This document shows, piece by piece, positions 19,529 to 26,522 of a stretch of DNA of 28,693 nucleotides. The stretch spans positions 1 through 28,693 of the forward strand of contig JBNMJA010000006.1 of NCBI GenBank assembly GCA_050873585.1, in the 5' to 3' direction. The DNA is from Bacillota bacterium (GTDB taxonomy: Bacteria; Bacillota; Clostridia; Christensenellales; CAG-917). The notes under the pieces were generated by a model. That model worked only from the letters and a program-made list of their open reading frames with translations. It searched no databases and was not told where the DNA came from. Position 1 is the stretch's first letter, and every line of letters starts with the position of its first letter. Made by a program: the position numbers and the translations under genes.

Positions 19529-19793
19529 TATGTTTTTAGGATGATTTTCGAACGGCCGAAACCGATTTTGAGTATGTCAAAACCGTATAAGGGCGATTGT
19601 GTTTGTATTGGGGTGTGTTTCATAAATTCAACGCCGTTTTCCCTTCTTTTAATGCCATTGCTTCTCGTGATATATCAGCGGGGTTGCGATAGGCTCATTA
19701 ATACCGCTTGCTTTCGGTGTTTATGACTTTATACAATCCCGTTTGTTGTGACAAATACCGTAAATTGCGATAAAAACGAAACGCGCTACTTCT

Positions 19794-19807
19794 CTACTGT
19801 TTAGTGG
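19794..19807. repeat. CCACT-N4-AGTGG-type motif, copy 3 (inverted orientation)
   Basis: CTACTGTTTAGTGG. The reverse complement of 19792-19809 is AGCCACTAAACAGTAGAG, which shares GCCACTAAACAGT with copy 1. It lies 23 nt upstream of parS at 19831. Confidence 0.5.
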
Positions 19808-19821
19808 CTCTGTAGGCGTAT

Positions 19822-19850
19822 TTTTCTAAACGTTACACGTGAAACAATCG
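19822..19850 (+). repeat. parS: 29-nt direct repeat, left copy, containing parS (cGTTACACGTGAAACA, 19831-19846, 15/16)
   Basis: TTTTCTAAACGTTACACGTGAAACAATCG matches 20681-20709 at 26/29 positions. Confidence 0.85.
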
Positions 19851-19899
19851 TAGTGCTTCGGCGCAAAAAGTAAAATGCGCAATCGGCTTTCTTTCAATA

Positions 19900-19928
19900 T
19901 TGATTTTTGATGCCGCTAATGATACAAT
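19900..19928 (+). promoter_or_regulatory. Putative sigma-A promoter of the orphan ORF
   Basis: TTGATT (19900-19905), a 17-nt spacer, then TGaTACAAT (extended -10, 19920-19928). This implies the first 26 codons of the track ORF are not translated. Confidence 0.45.
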
Positions 19929-19977
19929 TGTGTTATGCGTGATTCTGACACTCGCAATCGCAAGTAGCATTGAAGCG

Positions 19978-20592
19978 ATGAATAAACCATCCGAAAAATA
20001 TCTTATAAAACTGATGACAGATGCAAACGGTCGGTTTGCCGAGTTTGCATGTGATACTCTTGACGTTTCAAGTGTAAATATAACATATATTCGCACAATG
20101 AAACAGAATAATATGGGAATTATGGACGGCGCGCGTTCTCTTGCCGAAATGAAAAGATATAACTTGGAAGAATCTTCACACATAAATCCGACTTGCAAAT
20201 ACTATAATAAATTTTATAAAAAAGACGGCACTGTGAAGAAGATTGAGTGTTTTGTCGGAGGGCATAATGATATAGACGTTGTTTATGTGGCGCATTATGA
20301 AGATAATCATCGCTACCTTTTCCCGTATTTTTCAAACCTGGAAAAAGCAGTAGGAAACTATGTTATTGTAACAAGATACGACGGGGAAAACGTCATGGAA
20401 GAATATATGGTAAACAGCGGGCAAATCGTATATGATAATTATGATTACTCAAATCCGATTGAAATCGGATACTATTGCATAAATTTCGTTCCGAACGGCA
20501 GCGTGCCGATATTGGCAGAATCGGAAGGGGTGTATGACACCAACACTCTGACATACCACTCCATACGCAATTTCGTTTGGTTTGAGAAATAA
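19978..20592 (+). CDS. Orphan hypothetical protein (204 aa from the ATG at 19978; the ORF is open from 19900)
   Basis: Long ORF in a visibly AT-rich segment, Tyr/Asn-rich, with no domain I recognise. It is bracketed by parS-containing direct repeats. Confidence 0.5.
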   Translation: MNKPSEKYLIKLMTDANGRFAEFACDTLDVSSVNITYIRTMKQNNMGIMDGARSLAEMKRYNLEESSHINPTCKYYNKFYKKDGTVKKIECFVGGHNDIDVVYVAHYEDNHRYLFPYFSNLEKAVGNYVIVTRYDGENVMEEYMVNSGQIVYDNYDYSNPIEIGYYCINFVPNGSVPILAESEGVYDTNTLTYHSIRNFVWFEK

Positions 20593-20680
20593 CAACATTT
20601 TTATTATCGTGCCGTTTATCTCGATTCGCGACACATTTATTATTGGATTTCCTTTGATTTGATAGAAATTGCATTTTTGA

Positions 20681-20709
20681 TTTTCTATAGGTTACACGTG
20701 AAACAATTG
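20681..20709 (+). repeat. parS: 29-nt direct repeat, right copy, containing parS (gGTTACACGTGAAACA, 20690-20705, 15/16)
   Basis: TTTTCTATAGGTTACACGTGAAACAATTG matches 19822-19850 at 26/29 positions. Confidence 0.85.
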
Positions 20710-20834
20710 CGATAAAAGCATCGCTTATCTCCACATGGATTTCATATATTATTACGAGTGCCGACTAAGTAATTGGCGCGTTTTGTGAGATAGATTTTAC
20801 CTGCAAATCTAACGTATTATGACTTTATTGAGAA

Positions 20835-21131
20835 TTGAAACGTTTTGGCGTTATAGAATGGCGCCAAAGATTGAAAAACGCATGCGAGGGAGATACCGTA
20901 TATATTTATTTGTCAGCGCCGCAAAGTTATATTGCTTTCAAATGCGTTGTCGAAAAGACGAATATCCGACGTGATAATTGTGAAATCGACGATTCTAACT
21001 ATTTTAGGGACGACACTCTCAAGGCTGTTCCGCTATATATGAGATTGAGACCTATAAAGGAATATGCGCCTGAAGAGATTACGGGAAAAACGATGCGAGA
21101 CGCGGGAATACCGAGAGCCAAAGACAAGTAA
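20835..21131 (+). pseudogene. Small ORF, possibly a frameshifted gene remnant
   Basis: 98-codon ORF that starts at a TTG right after an in-frame stop and has no clear SD. A 51-codon ATG ORF (20819-20974) in another frame overlaps its 5' end. An A5 run at 20874-20878 lies where the frames could join. Confidence 0.3.
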
Positions 21132-21167
21132 ACGACACATTGTCCGAACTTATCGGAAGTTGCAATA

Positions 21168-21201
21168 ATACATATTAGTTTACAAGTAAACTAATATGTA
21201 T
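21168..21201. terminator. AT-rich perfect palindrome (17-bp arms, 2-nt centre) between convergent genes
   Basis: The arm AATACATATTAGTTTAC, then the centre AA, then its exact reverse complement. It could act as a bidirectional terminator, but the stem is AT-rich. Confidence 0.4.
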
Positions 21202-21238
21202 GATTGGGTTTTTCTTCGTTTATTGAAGTTTTATCGCT

Positions 21239-21967
21239 TCAGTGTTGGTTTACGGGCGGAAGAGAGGTTGAGCCGTCTTTGAGTGCCTTGAGTATCTCGG
21301 GCAGTATCTTTTCGTAGCCGGCAACGCCTTTTTCGACGATGGAGAGGAAACTTACGTTTGCGCCATCGTCCGCTTTGTCGCTCACGACTTTCACCGAGAA
21401 AAGCGGCAGATTGTTTCTCTCGCACGCAATCGCGATGCCTGCAAGTTCCATTTCGCAAATATCCGCGCCGAATTCTTTTGCAAGACGATGCTTTTCGTCG
21501 TTGCTCGTGACGAATACGTCGCCGCTTGCAACCGTGACAAGTTTCATTTGCTTGCCGATATTTGCAAGCGCGTTGCTAATGAGCGTTTCGTCGAGATAGA
21601 AATAGTTGTCGCGCATGCCGCTGTACTGACCGACGCTCCTGTCCGTGTCTACGCCCGTGACGTCAAACTGATAGTGTACGACGCGCCTTGGTACGACGAG
21701 TTCGCAAAGATCGAGATTTTTGTTCACCGCGCCGACGAATCCGAAGTTGAGCACCGCCTCTACGTCAAAAAGGTCGACGAGCAGTTGTACCGCAAGCGCC
21801 GCTTTGATTTCGCCTACGCCCGACGTCGCAAGATATATCGTGTCGCCGTCGTATTCGATCTGGCTTATCGCAACGCCCGATATGGTGTTTTGCGCCACGA
21901 CGTTGCCGAGTTTTTTGAAGATGGGAAGAGTCTCTTCCGCCATTGCCGTTATGATTGCAATTCTCAT
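21239..21967 (-). CDS. mtnN: 5'-methylthioadenosine/S-adenosylhomocysteine nucleosidase
   Basis: Track ORF 21239..21979, trimmed to the ATG at 21965-21967 (GGAG RBS). MRIAIITAMAEE at the N-terminus, a catalytic-type block ICEMELAGIA and VVSDKADD, as in Pfs/MtnN. Confidence 0.85.
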   Translation of the reverse strand: MRIAIITAMAEETLPIFKKLGNVVAQNTISGVAISQIEYDGDTIYLATSGVGEIKAALAVQLLVDLFDVEAVLNFGFVGAVNKNLDLCELVVPRRVVHYQFDVTGVDTDRSVGQYSGMRDNYFYLDETLISNALANIGKQMKLVTVASGDVFVTSNDEKHRLAKEFGADICEMELAGIAIACERNNLPLFSVKVVSDKADDGANVSFLSIVEKGVAGYEKILPEILKALKDGSTSLPPVNQH

Positions 21968-22181
21968 ACTGCGCTCCAAAATCTTATTTACTATATTTTA
22001 GCACGTTTTGAAAATAAGTTCAATATTTCAAAAAAGTATTGAGATTTTATCATTCTTTTTAGGTTTCGTTTTCTTAATTCCGCTTCGTTTTTGAATCGAC
22101 GGCATAACGTCGGTTTTGCACGATTTTGAAAACGGCGGGTGTATCGTTGTTTTCCGCGCTTTTGAAAATCACGTCATTTCG

Positions 22182-22210
22182 TTGAAAATCATTCGGAAAA
22201 ATGATATGCT
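22182..22210 (+). promoter_or_regulatory. Putative sigma-A promoter of rsmG
   Basis: TTGAAA (22182-22187), a 17-nt spacer, then TGaTATGCT (22202-22210). An AAAGGAG SD follows before the ATG at 22228. Confidence 0.55.
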
Positions 22211-22227
22211 GATAAAAAGGAGTTTTT

Positions 22228-22917
22228 ATGGACACGGCATACCTCGTAGAATGTGCAAAACAAATCGGCGTCGATCTCTCACCCTCGCAAATTCAAAAAC
22301 TCGAGGGATATTTCGGTATGGTGGTTGAGAGCAACAAGTCTTTCAATCTCACCGCTATCACAGAGGAAAAGGATTTCGTCGTCAAACATATTCAGGATTC
22401 GCTCGCGGGCGTTTCGCTTATCGGCAGCGGTGCAAAACTGCTGGATATAGGCGCGGGCGCCGGGTTCCCGAGTATGCCTATCGCTATCGCAAGAGAGGAC
22501 GTGTCCGTCACCGCTCTCGACTCGACCGCAAAAAAAATGACGTTCCTTGCCTCGTGTGCAAAAAATCTCGGGGTCGAAAATCTCCGCACGATAAGCGCAA
22601 GGGCAGAAGATAAAAAGGATCTGTTCGGCACGTTCGACGTCGTCACGGCAAGAGCGGTGTCGTCACTGCCCGTACTTTTGGAACTCGCTATGCCGTTTTT
22701 GAAGGTCGGAGGCAGATTCGTTGCCTATAAGACGGACGAGAGCGAACTCGAAAACGCTATAAACGCTCAAAAAGTGCTTTGCGCAAAACATACCGACACG
22801 AATAGTCTGACTCTTGCCAACGGCGAAAAGCGAGCGCTTTTGGTTTTTGAAAAAACCGCTCCGACTCCAAAACAGTACCCGAGGCAGTACGGAGTGATAA
22901 AGAAGAAACCGCTTTGA
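22228..22917 (+). CDS. rsmG: 16S rRNA (guanine527-N7)-methyltransferase
   Basis: 229-aa ORF with NLTAI..., HIQDSL and the SAM-binding LDIGAGAGFPSMPIAI motif of GidB/RsmG. Confidence 0.92.
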   Translation: MDTAYLVECAKQIGVDLSPSQIQKLEGYFGMVVESNKSFNLTAITEEKDFVVKHIQDSLAGVSLIGSGAKLLDIGAGAGFPSMPIAIAREDVSVTALDSTAKKMTFLASCAKNLGVENLRTISARAEDKKDLFGTFDVVTARAVSSLPVLLELAMPFLKVGGRFVAYKTDESELENAINAQKVLCAKHTDTNSLTLANGEKRALLVFEKTAPTPKQYPRQYGVIKKKPL

Positions 22918-22998
22918 GAATTAATAATGAACGTCCGTAAACTCTAAATACCTCTTTTCTCACGTGTTTTGTTCTTCCGCTACAAGAGTGAGCGTTTA

Positions 22999-23395
22999 GT
23001 ACCTTAAATGCAACTTTCCCTTTCCTCACGTGTTTTCCCTATCGCCGTTCCCCCTCTACACTACGTTTGAGGGAACCCACGGCGACCGCGTAGCGGGGGA
23101 CAACACTCGGTGCTCGCATAGATAAGTATCGCCCCCTTGTTATATCACTGCGCTTTGTGCGCCAGGCGTGGCCAACAACACGGCGCAGTCGCTTGTACTG
23201 TTCGTCAAGCTCGACGCTCGCTACGGTCGGCGCCCTGCACCTCCAGTTTCGTCTTCGAATGAGGAAATACCGTGTATGAGAACGCCTTGAATGAGTGAAC
23301 GTTAATAAGTCCGCTCTACGAGTTCGCGGACGGCGGTTCCATTCAGTCTGCAAACAAGTAGATTCCGTGTACAAGAGCAGATTTTGTCAAAAAAT
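22999..23395. repeat. Copy 2 of the paralogous non-coding element
   Basis: See copy 1 for the block identities. It lacks the 87-nt insertion and has an extra upstream copy of the CU-rich CACGTG box (22952-22970 as well as 23018-23036). It fills the rsmG-parA spacer. Confidence 0.7.
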
Positions 23396-23401
23396 AATTT
23401 A

Positions 23402-23421
23402 TGTGAAACTTTTTGTGAAAC
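23402..23421 (+). promoter_or_regulatory. Two direct TGTGAAAC repeats (parS half-site-like) abutting the parA -35 element
   Basis: TGTGAAAC at 23402-23409 and 23414-23421, 12-nt periodicity, ending 4 nt before the -35. Confidence 0.4.
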
Positions 23422-23425
23422 GTCG

Positions 23426-23454
23426 TTGAAAATTTCGACACGGTGTGGTATATT
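23426..23454 (+). promoter_or_regulatory. Putative sigma-A promoter of parA-parB (apparently leaderless)
   Basis: TTGAAA (23426-23431), a 17-nt spacer, then TGgTATATT (23446-23454). The ATG at 23461 begins 7 nt after the -10 and has no SD. The spacer contains TTCGACA, the reverse complement of the Spo0A-box TGTCGAA. Confidence 0.55.
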
Positions 23455-23460
23455 GTTTTT

Positions 23461-24216
23461 ATGGCGCAAGTCGTATCCTTTTCTAACCAGAAGGGAGGCG
23501 TGGGCAAGACGACCTCGTGCGTAAATCTCGCTTGCTTCGTTGCCTCGCTCGGATACAAAACTTTGCTCGTTGACTTCGACCCTCAAGCCAACGCGACAAG
23601 CGCCCTCGGAGTGTTCGACAAAAAAATCGAAAATTCGATATACGACGCGCTTTGCAAAAAAGACGCGACGAGGTGCGTGCGACACGGCAAATACGTCGAT
23701 TTTATTCCCTCGTCAAGAGATCTTGCCGGGGCGGAACTCGAACTTGCAAACGAAGAAGACAGGGAATACGTGCTTTTGAGCGCGCTAAAGCCACTGAAAG
23801 ACGAATACGACTTCACGTTTATCGATTGCGCTCCGAGCATCAATCTGACGCTTATCAACGCTCTGTGCGCTTCAAGCGGCGTCATCGTGCCTCTTCAATG
23901 CGAATATTTTGCGCTCGAGGGGCTGAATCAGTTGCTGAACACGGTGAGGCTCGTCAAAACGAACCTGAATCCGAATCTGCGACTCGAGGGGATTCTGCTG
24001 ACTATGTGCGCTCAAACCAAACTGTCGCGCGAAGTCGAAAGCAAAGTGAGAGGCACGTTCAAGGACAAGGTTTTTGAAACGACTATACCTCGCAACGTGC
24101 GGCTTGCAGAAGCACCCGGATTCGGAATGACGATAATGGAATTCGACAAATCCTGCTCGGGCGCAAAAGCATACGAAAAACTTGCAAAAGAATATATATC
24201 AAAATTTAAGGAGTGA
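23461..24216 (+). CDS. parA: Chromosome partitioning ATPase ParA/Soj
   Basis: Track ORF 23443..24216, trimmed to the ATG at 23461. Deviant Walker A NQKGGVGKTT and the typical Soj sequence throughout. Confidence 0.93.
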   Translation: MAQVVSFSNQKGGVGKTTSCVNLACFVASLGYKTLLVDFDPQANATSALGVFDKKIENSIYDALCKKDATRCVRHGKYVDFIPSSRDLAGAELELANEEDREYVLLSALKPLKDEYDFTFIDCAPSINLTLINALCASSGVIVPLQCEYFALEGLNQLLNTVRLVKTNLNPNLRLEGILLTMCAQTKLSREVESKVRGTFKDKVFETTIPRNVRLAEAPGFGMTIMEFDKSCSGAKAYEKLAKEYISKFKE

Positions 24217-24219
24217 ATT

Positions 24220-25119
24220 ATGGCAAACACAAAAGGCGGCCTCGGAACTAAAGGCTTCAATGCACTTTTCAGCGACAATGAAGAAAACGTCAAAGTCGAT
24301 ATTGCCGACGATATTCAGGCTCAGGAAATCGACATTACGCTCATCGACCGCAATCCAAATCAGCCCAGAAAGACCTTTGACGAGGACAGTTTGAGAGAAA
24401 TGTCATCGTCCATTGCGACGTACGGCGTTTTGCAACCTCTTCTGCTCGTGAAAACGGACGGCGGAAGATACCTCATCATCGCAGGTGAGCGTCGTTTCAG
24501 AGCAAGTTTGCTTGCAGGACTCAAAAAAGTGCCTGCGATTATCCGCGAGTTTACTCCGCAACAAATCCAAGAAATCTCGCTTATCGAGAACTTGCACCGC
24601 GAAGACCTCAACGCTATCGAGGCGGCAGAAGGTATGCGCGAACTTATGGACAACCACGGTCTTACGCAAGAGGAAGTGGCAAACCGCATCGGCAAATCTC
24701 GTCCGTACGTCACCAATACTCTTCGACTTTTGCAACTCCCCGAAGAAGTCACCGCTCTGGTAAGAGAAGGCAAACTCTCGCCCGGTCACGCAAGAACCCT
24801 CATCTCAATCGACGACAAGGACTATCTCGTCACGCTTGCAAATCAGGCTTGCGACAACAAACTCTCCGTGCGCGACCTTGAAAACCGCGTACGCTTGTAC
24901 TTCACGAGAAAAGCCATTCCGTCGGGCCCGAGAGATACAAAAGCGTTGCCGCTCGAACTCAAAGAATTCGTGGGCGATATGAAACGCATTTTCGCAACAA
25001 AGGTCAAACTCGTGGGCAACGATCAAAAGGGAAGAATCACCATTGACTATTTCAACAAGGACGACCTTGACAGAATCTATGCGTTGATTCAACTCTTGAA
25101 GTATAACGATAAACTGTGA
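24220..25119 (+). CDS. parB: Chromosome partitioning protein ParB/Spo0J
   Basis: 299-aa ORF with ParB box II GERRFRAS, an HTH region (QEEVANRIGKSRPYVTNTLRLL) and an AAGGAG RBS overlapping the parA end. Confidence 0.93.
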   Translation: MANTKGGLGTKGFNALFSDNEENVKVDIADDIQAQEIDITLIDRNPNQPRKTFDEDSLREMSSSIATYGVLQPLLLVKTDGGRYLIIAGERRFRASLLAGLKKVPAIIREFTPQQIQEISLIENLHREDLNAIEAAEGMRELMDNHGLTQEEVANRIGKSRPYVTNTLRLLQLPEEVTALVREGKLSPGHARTLISIDDKDYLVTLANQACDNKLSVRDLENRVRLYFTRKAIPSGPRDTKALPLELKEFVGDMKRIFATKVKLVGNDQKGRITIDYFNKDDLDRIYALIQLLKYNDKL

Positions 25120-25133
25120 GTTTTAATTAATAC

Positions 25134-25180
25134 TGAATAATGAATAATTAATAATTGTGGGAGGGGCGCTGCCCCTCACC
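25134..25180. repeat. Left arm of an inverted repeat: 24-nt AT-rich segment plus a GC hairpin
   Basis: TGAATAATGAATAATTAATAATTG followed by GAGGGGC-GCT-GCCCCTC. The AT segment matches the reverse complement of 25310-25333 at 22/24 positions. Confidence 0.6.
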
Positions 25181-25208
25181 TCGATTTGATAAATAATAAT
25201 AAGATAAC

Positions 25209-25236
25209 GGAACGCGCACTTTATGTGCGCGTTTTA
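25209..25236 (+). terminator. Intrinsic terminator (likely ends parAB)
   Basis: AACGCGCAC / GTGCGCGTT 9-bp stem with a 5-nt loop, followed by TTTTA. Confidence 0.65.
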
Positions 25237-25286
25237 TAGTTGTTAAGTGTTTGTTTTGTTATTTTCTTAGCAATAGTAGTTGATTA

Positions 25287-25333
25287 GGGGTGTGGGCAAA
25301 GCCCACCCGCAATTATTCATTATTCATTATTAA
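25287..25333. repeat. Right arm of the inverted repeat: GC hairpin plus a 24-nt AT-rich segment overlapping the recF stop
   Basis: GTGGGC-AAA-GCCCAC followed by CAATTATTCATTATTCATTATTAA. The stem sequence differs from the left arm but still pairs. Confidence 0.6.
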
Positions 25334-26415
25334 TTATTAATTACTTTCCCGTCGCTTATGCGGATTTGCTTGGCAGGGTTGGGCAAAGTGTACTCCGTGC
25401 AGGTGAGGATGGTTTGAAAACCTTTGGTCATCTCCAAAAGAAGCGTTTGTCGGGTGTTGTCGAGTTCGGAAAGGACGTCGTCGAGAAGCAATACGGGCGG
25501 CTCGCCTATCTCGTTTTTGTAGATGACCACTTCGCCCAGTTTCATCGCAAGCGCAATGGTGCGCTGTTGTCCTTGGGAGGCGAATTTGCGGCTGTCCTTG
25601 CCGTTTATCTCTATCTTTATGTCGTCGCGGTGAGGTCCGACGGTGGAAAATCCGAGATCCTTGTCCTTTTGTCTTGCGGCAACGATTGCTTCGTACAACT
25701 CTTTTTGCAAGTCCGTTTTCTCGGTTTTCGCTCCGCACTCGTATGAGAGGGTGAGGGCCTCTTTTTCACTGCTGAGCGCACTATGAAATTTGCCTGCGGC
25801 GTCGTTGAGCGTGGCTATGTATTCCATACGCTTTTGTATGATAACCGCGCCTTCCTTTGCAAGCCCGAGATCCCACACGTCGAGCATATCGTCGATATTG
25901 GGGTTGAACTTGTATTCTTTGAGAAGATTGTTCTTTTGTTTGAGAGTTTTGTTGTAGCGTTGAAGCGCAAGGAAATACGCTTTTTGCTGTTGCGAAAGAC
26001 CTACGTCGAGGAATCTTCTTCTTTCGTTGGGGGATTCCTTGACGAGTTTCATCTCGTCGGGAGAGAAAAACACCACTCCGAGCACGCCCAAAAGTTCGCC
26101 TGCGCGATTGACGGGGATTCCGTCCACGGCAACTTTCTTTTTGCCTTGCTCGTCTATCTGCAAACAAATGGAGTGTTTGCGGAATTTCTTTTCGATATTG
26201 AGCTTGATTTGCGCTTTGCTTTGCCCGAGCAAAATCATTTCCTTATCCTTGGTGGTGCGAGGGGAGTGGAAAACCGAGCAAAGATACACGCTTTCGAGCA
26301 TATTCGTTTTGCCGCTGGCGTTTTTTCCGTACAAAACGTTGAGCCCGTCGTCGAACTCGACGAGGGCGTACGGATAATTTCTGAAGTTTTTCAGTTCCAG
26401 CGAAAGAATTTTCAT
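25330..26415 (-). CDS. recF: DNA replication and repair protein RecF
   Basis: 361-aa ORF. N-terminus LELKNFRNY...LYGKNASGKTNMLESV (Walker A), signature SQGQQRT and Walker B LLLDDVLSELD. Confidence 0.93.
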   Translation of the reverse strand: MKILSLELKNFRNYPYALVEFDDGLNVLYGKNASGKTNMLESVYLCSVFHSPRTTKDKEMILLGQSKAQIKLNIEKKFRKHSICLQIDEQGKKKVAVDGIPVNRAGELLGVLGVVFFSPDEMKLVKESPNERRRFLDVGLSQQQKAYFLALQRYNKTLKQKNNLLKEYKFNPNIDDMLDVWDLGLAKEGAVIIQKRMEYIATLNDAAGKFHSALSSEKEALTLSYECGAKTEKTDLQKELYEAIVAARQKDKDLGFSTVGPHRDDIKIEINGKDSRKFASQGQQRTIALAMKLGEVVIYKNEIGEPPVLLLDDVLSELDNTRQTLLLEMTKGFQTILTCTEYTLPNPAKQIRISDGKVINN

Positions 26416-26423
26416 ACACTACA

Positions 26424-26452
26424 AGTATAACCCGAGAGCGGTTTTTTTTCAA
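26424..26452 (-). promoter_or_regulatory. Putative sigma-A promoter of recF (near-leaderless)
   Basis: On the minus strand: TTGAAA (26452-26447), a 17-nt spacer, then TATACT (26429-26424). The ATG at 26415 starts 9 nt after the -10 and has no SD. Confidence 0.45.
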
Positions 26453-26487
26453 CATCTTGTGTTTAAGTTTTCTTTTTTGGATTTCGC

Positions 26488-26515
26488 TTGAAAAATTTGT
26501 CGATTTTGTTATAAT
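26488..26515 (+). promoter_or_regulatory. Putative sigma-A promoter of dnaA (apparently leaderless)
   Basis: TTGAAA (26488-26493), a 16-nt spacer, then TGtTATAAT (26507-26515). The ATG at 26523 starts 8 nt after the -10 and has no SD. Confidence 0.5.
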
Positions 26516-26522
26516 CGTATCT

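Noticed and set aside
18850-19900. Calling this AT-rich region, or the dnaA flanks 26416-26522 and 27894-27952, oriC.
   Set aside because: Only one 8/9 DnaA box (18956-18964) is here, and there are none within one mismatch next to dnaA. No box cluster or DnaA-trio is evident. This is kept as a hypothesis under findings, not as a feature.
18950-20710. CRISPR array.
   Set aside because: The repeats are parS palindromes with irregular spacing (33, 318 and 859 bp). There is no constant repeat-spacer periodicity and there are no cas genes.
21990-22200. Repeated TTTTGAAAA(T) motifs in the mtnN-rsmG divergent spacer as a novel operator array.
   Set aside because: The motif contains the TTGAAA -35 hexamer used by several promoters in this window. 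It probably reflects overlapping or alternative promoters in AT-rich DNA. There is no consistent spacing or extended conservation.
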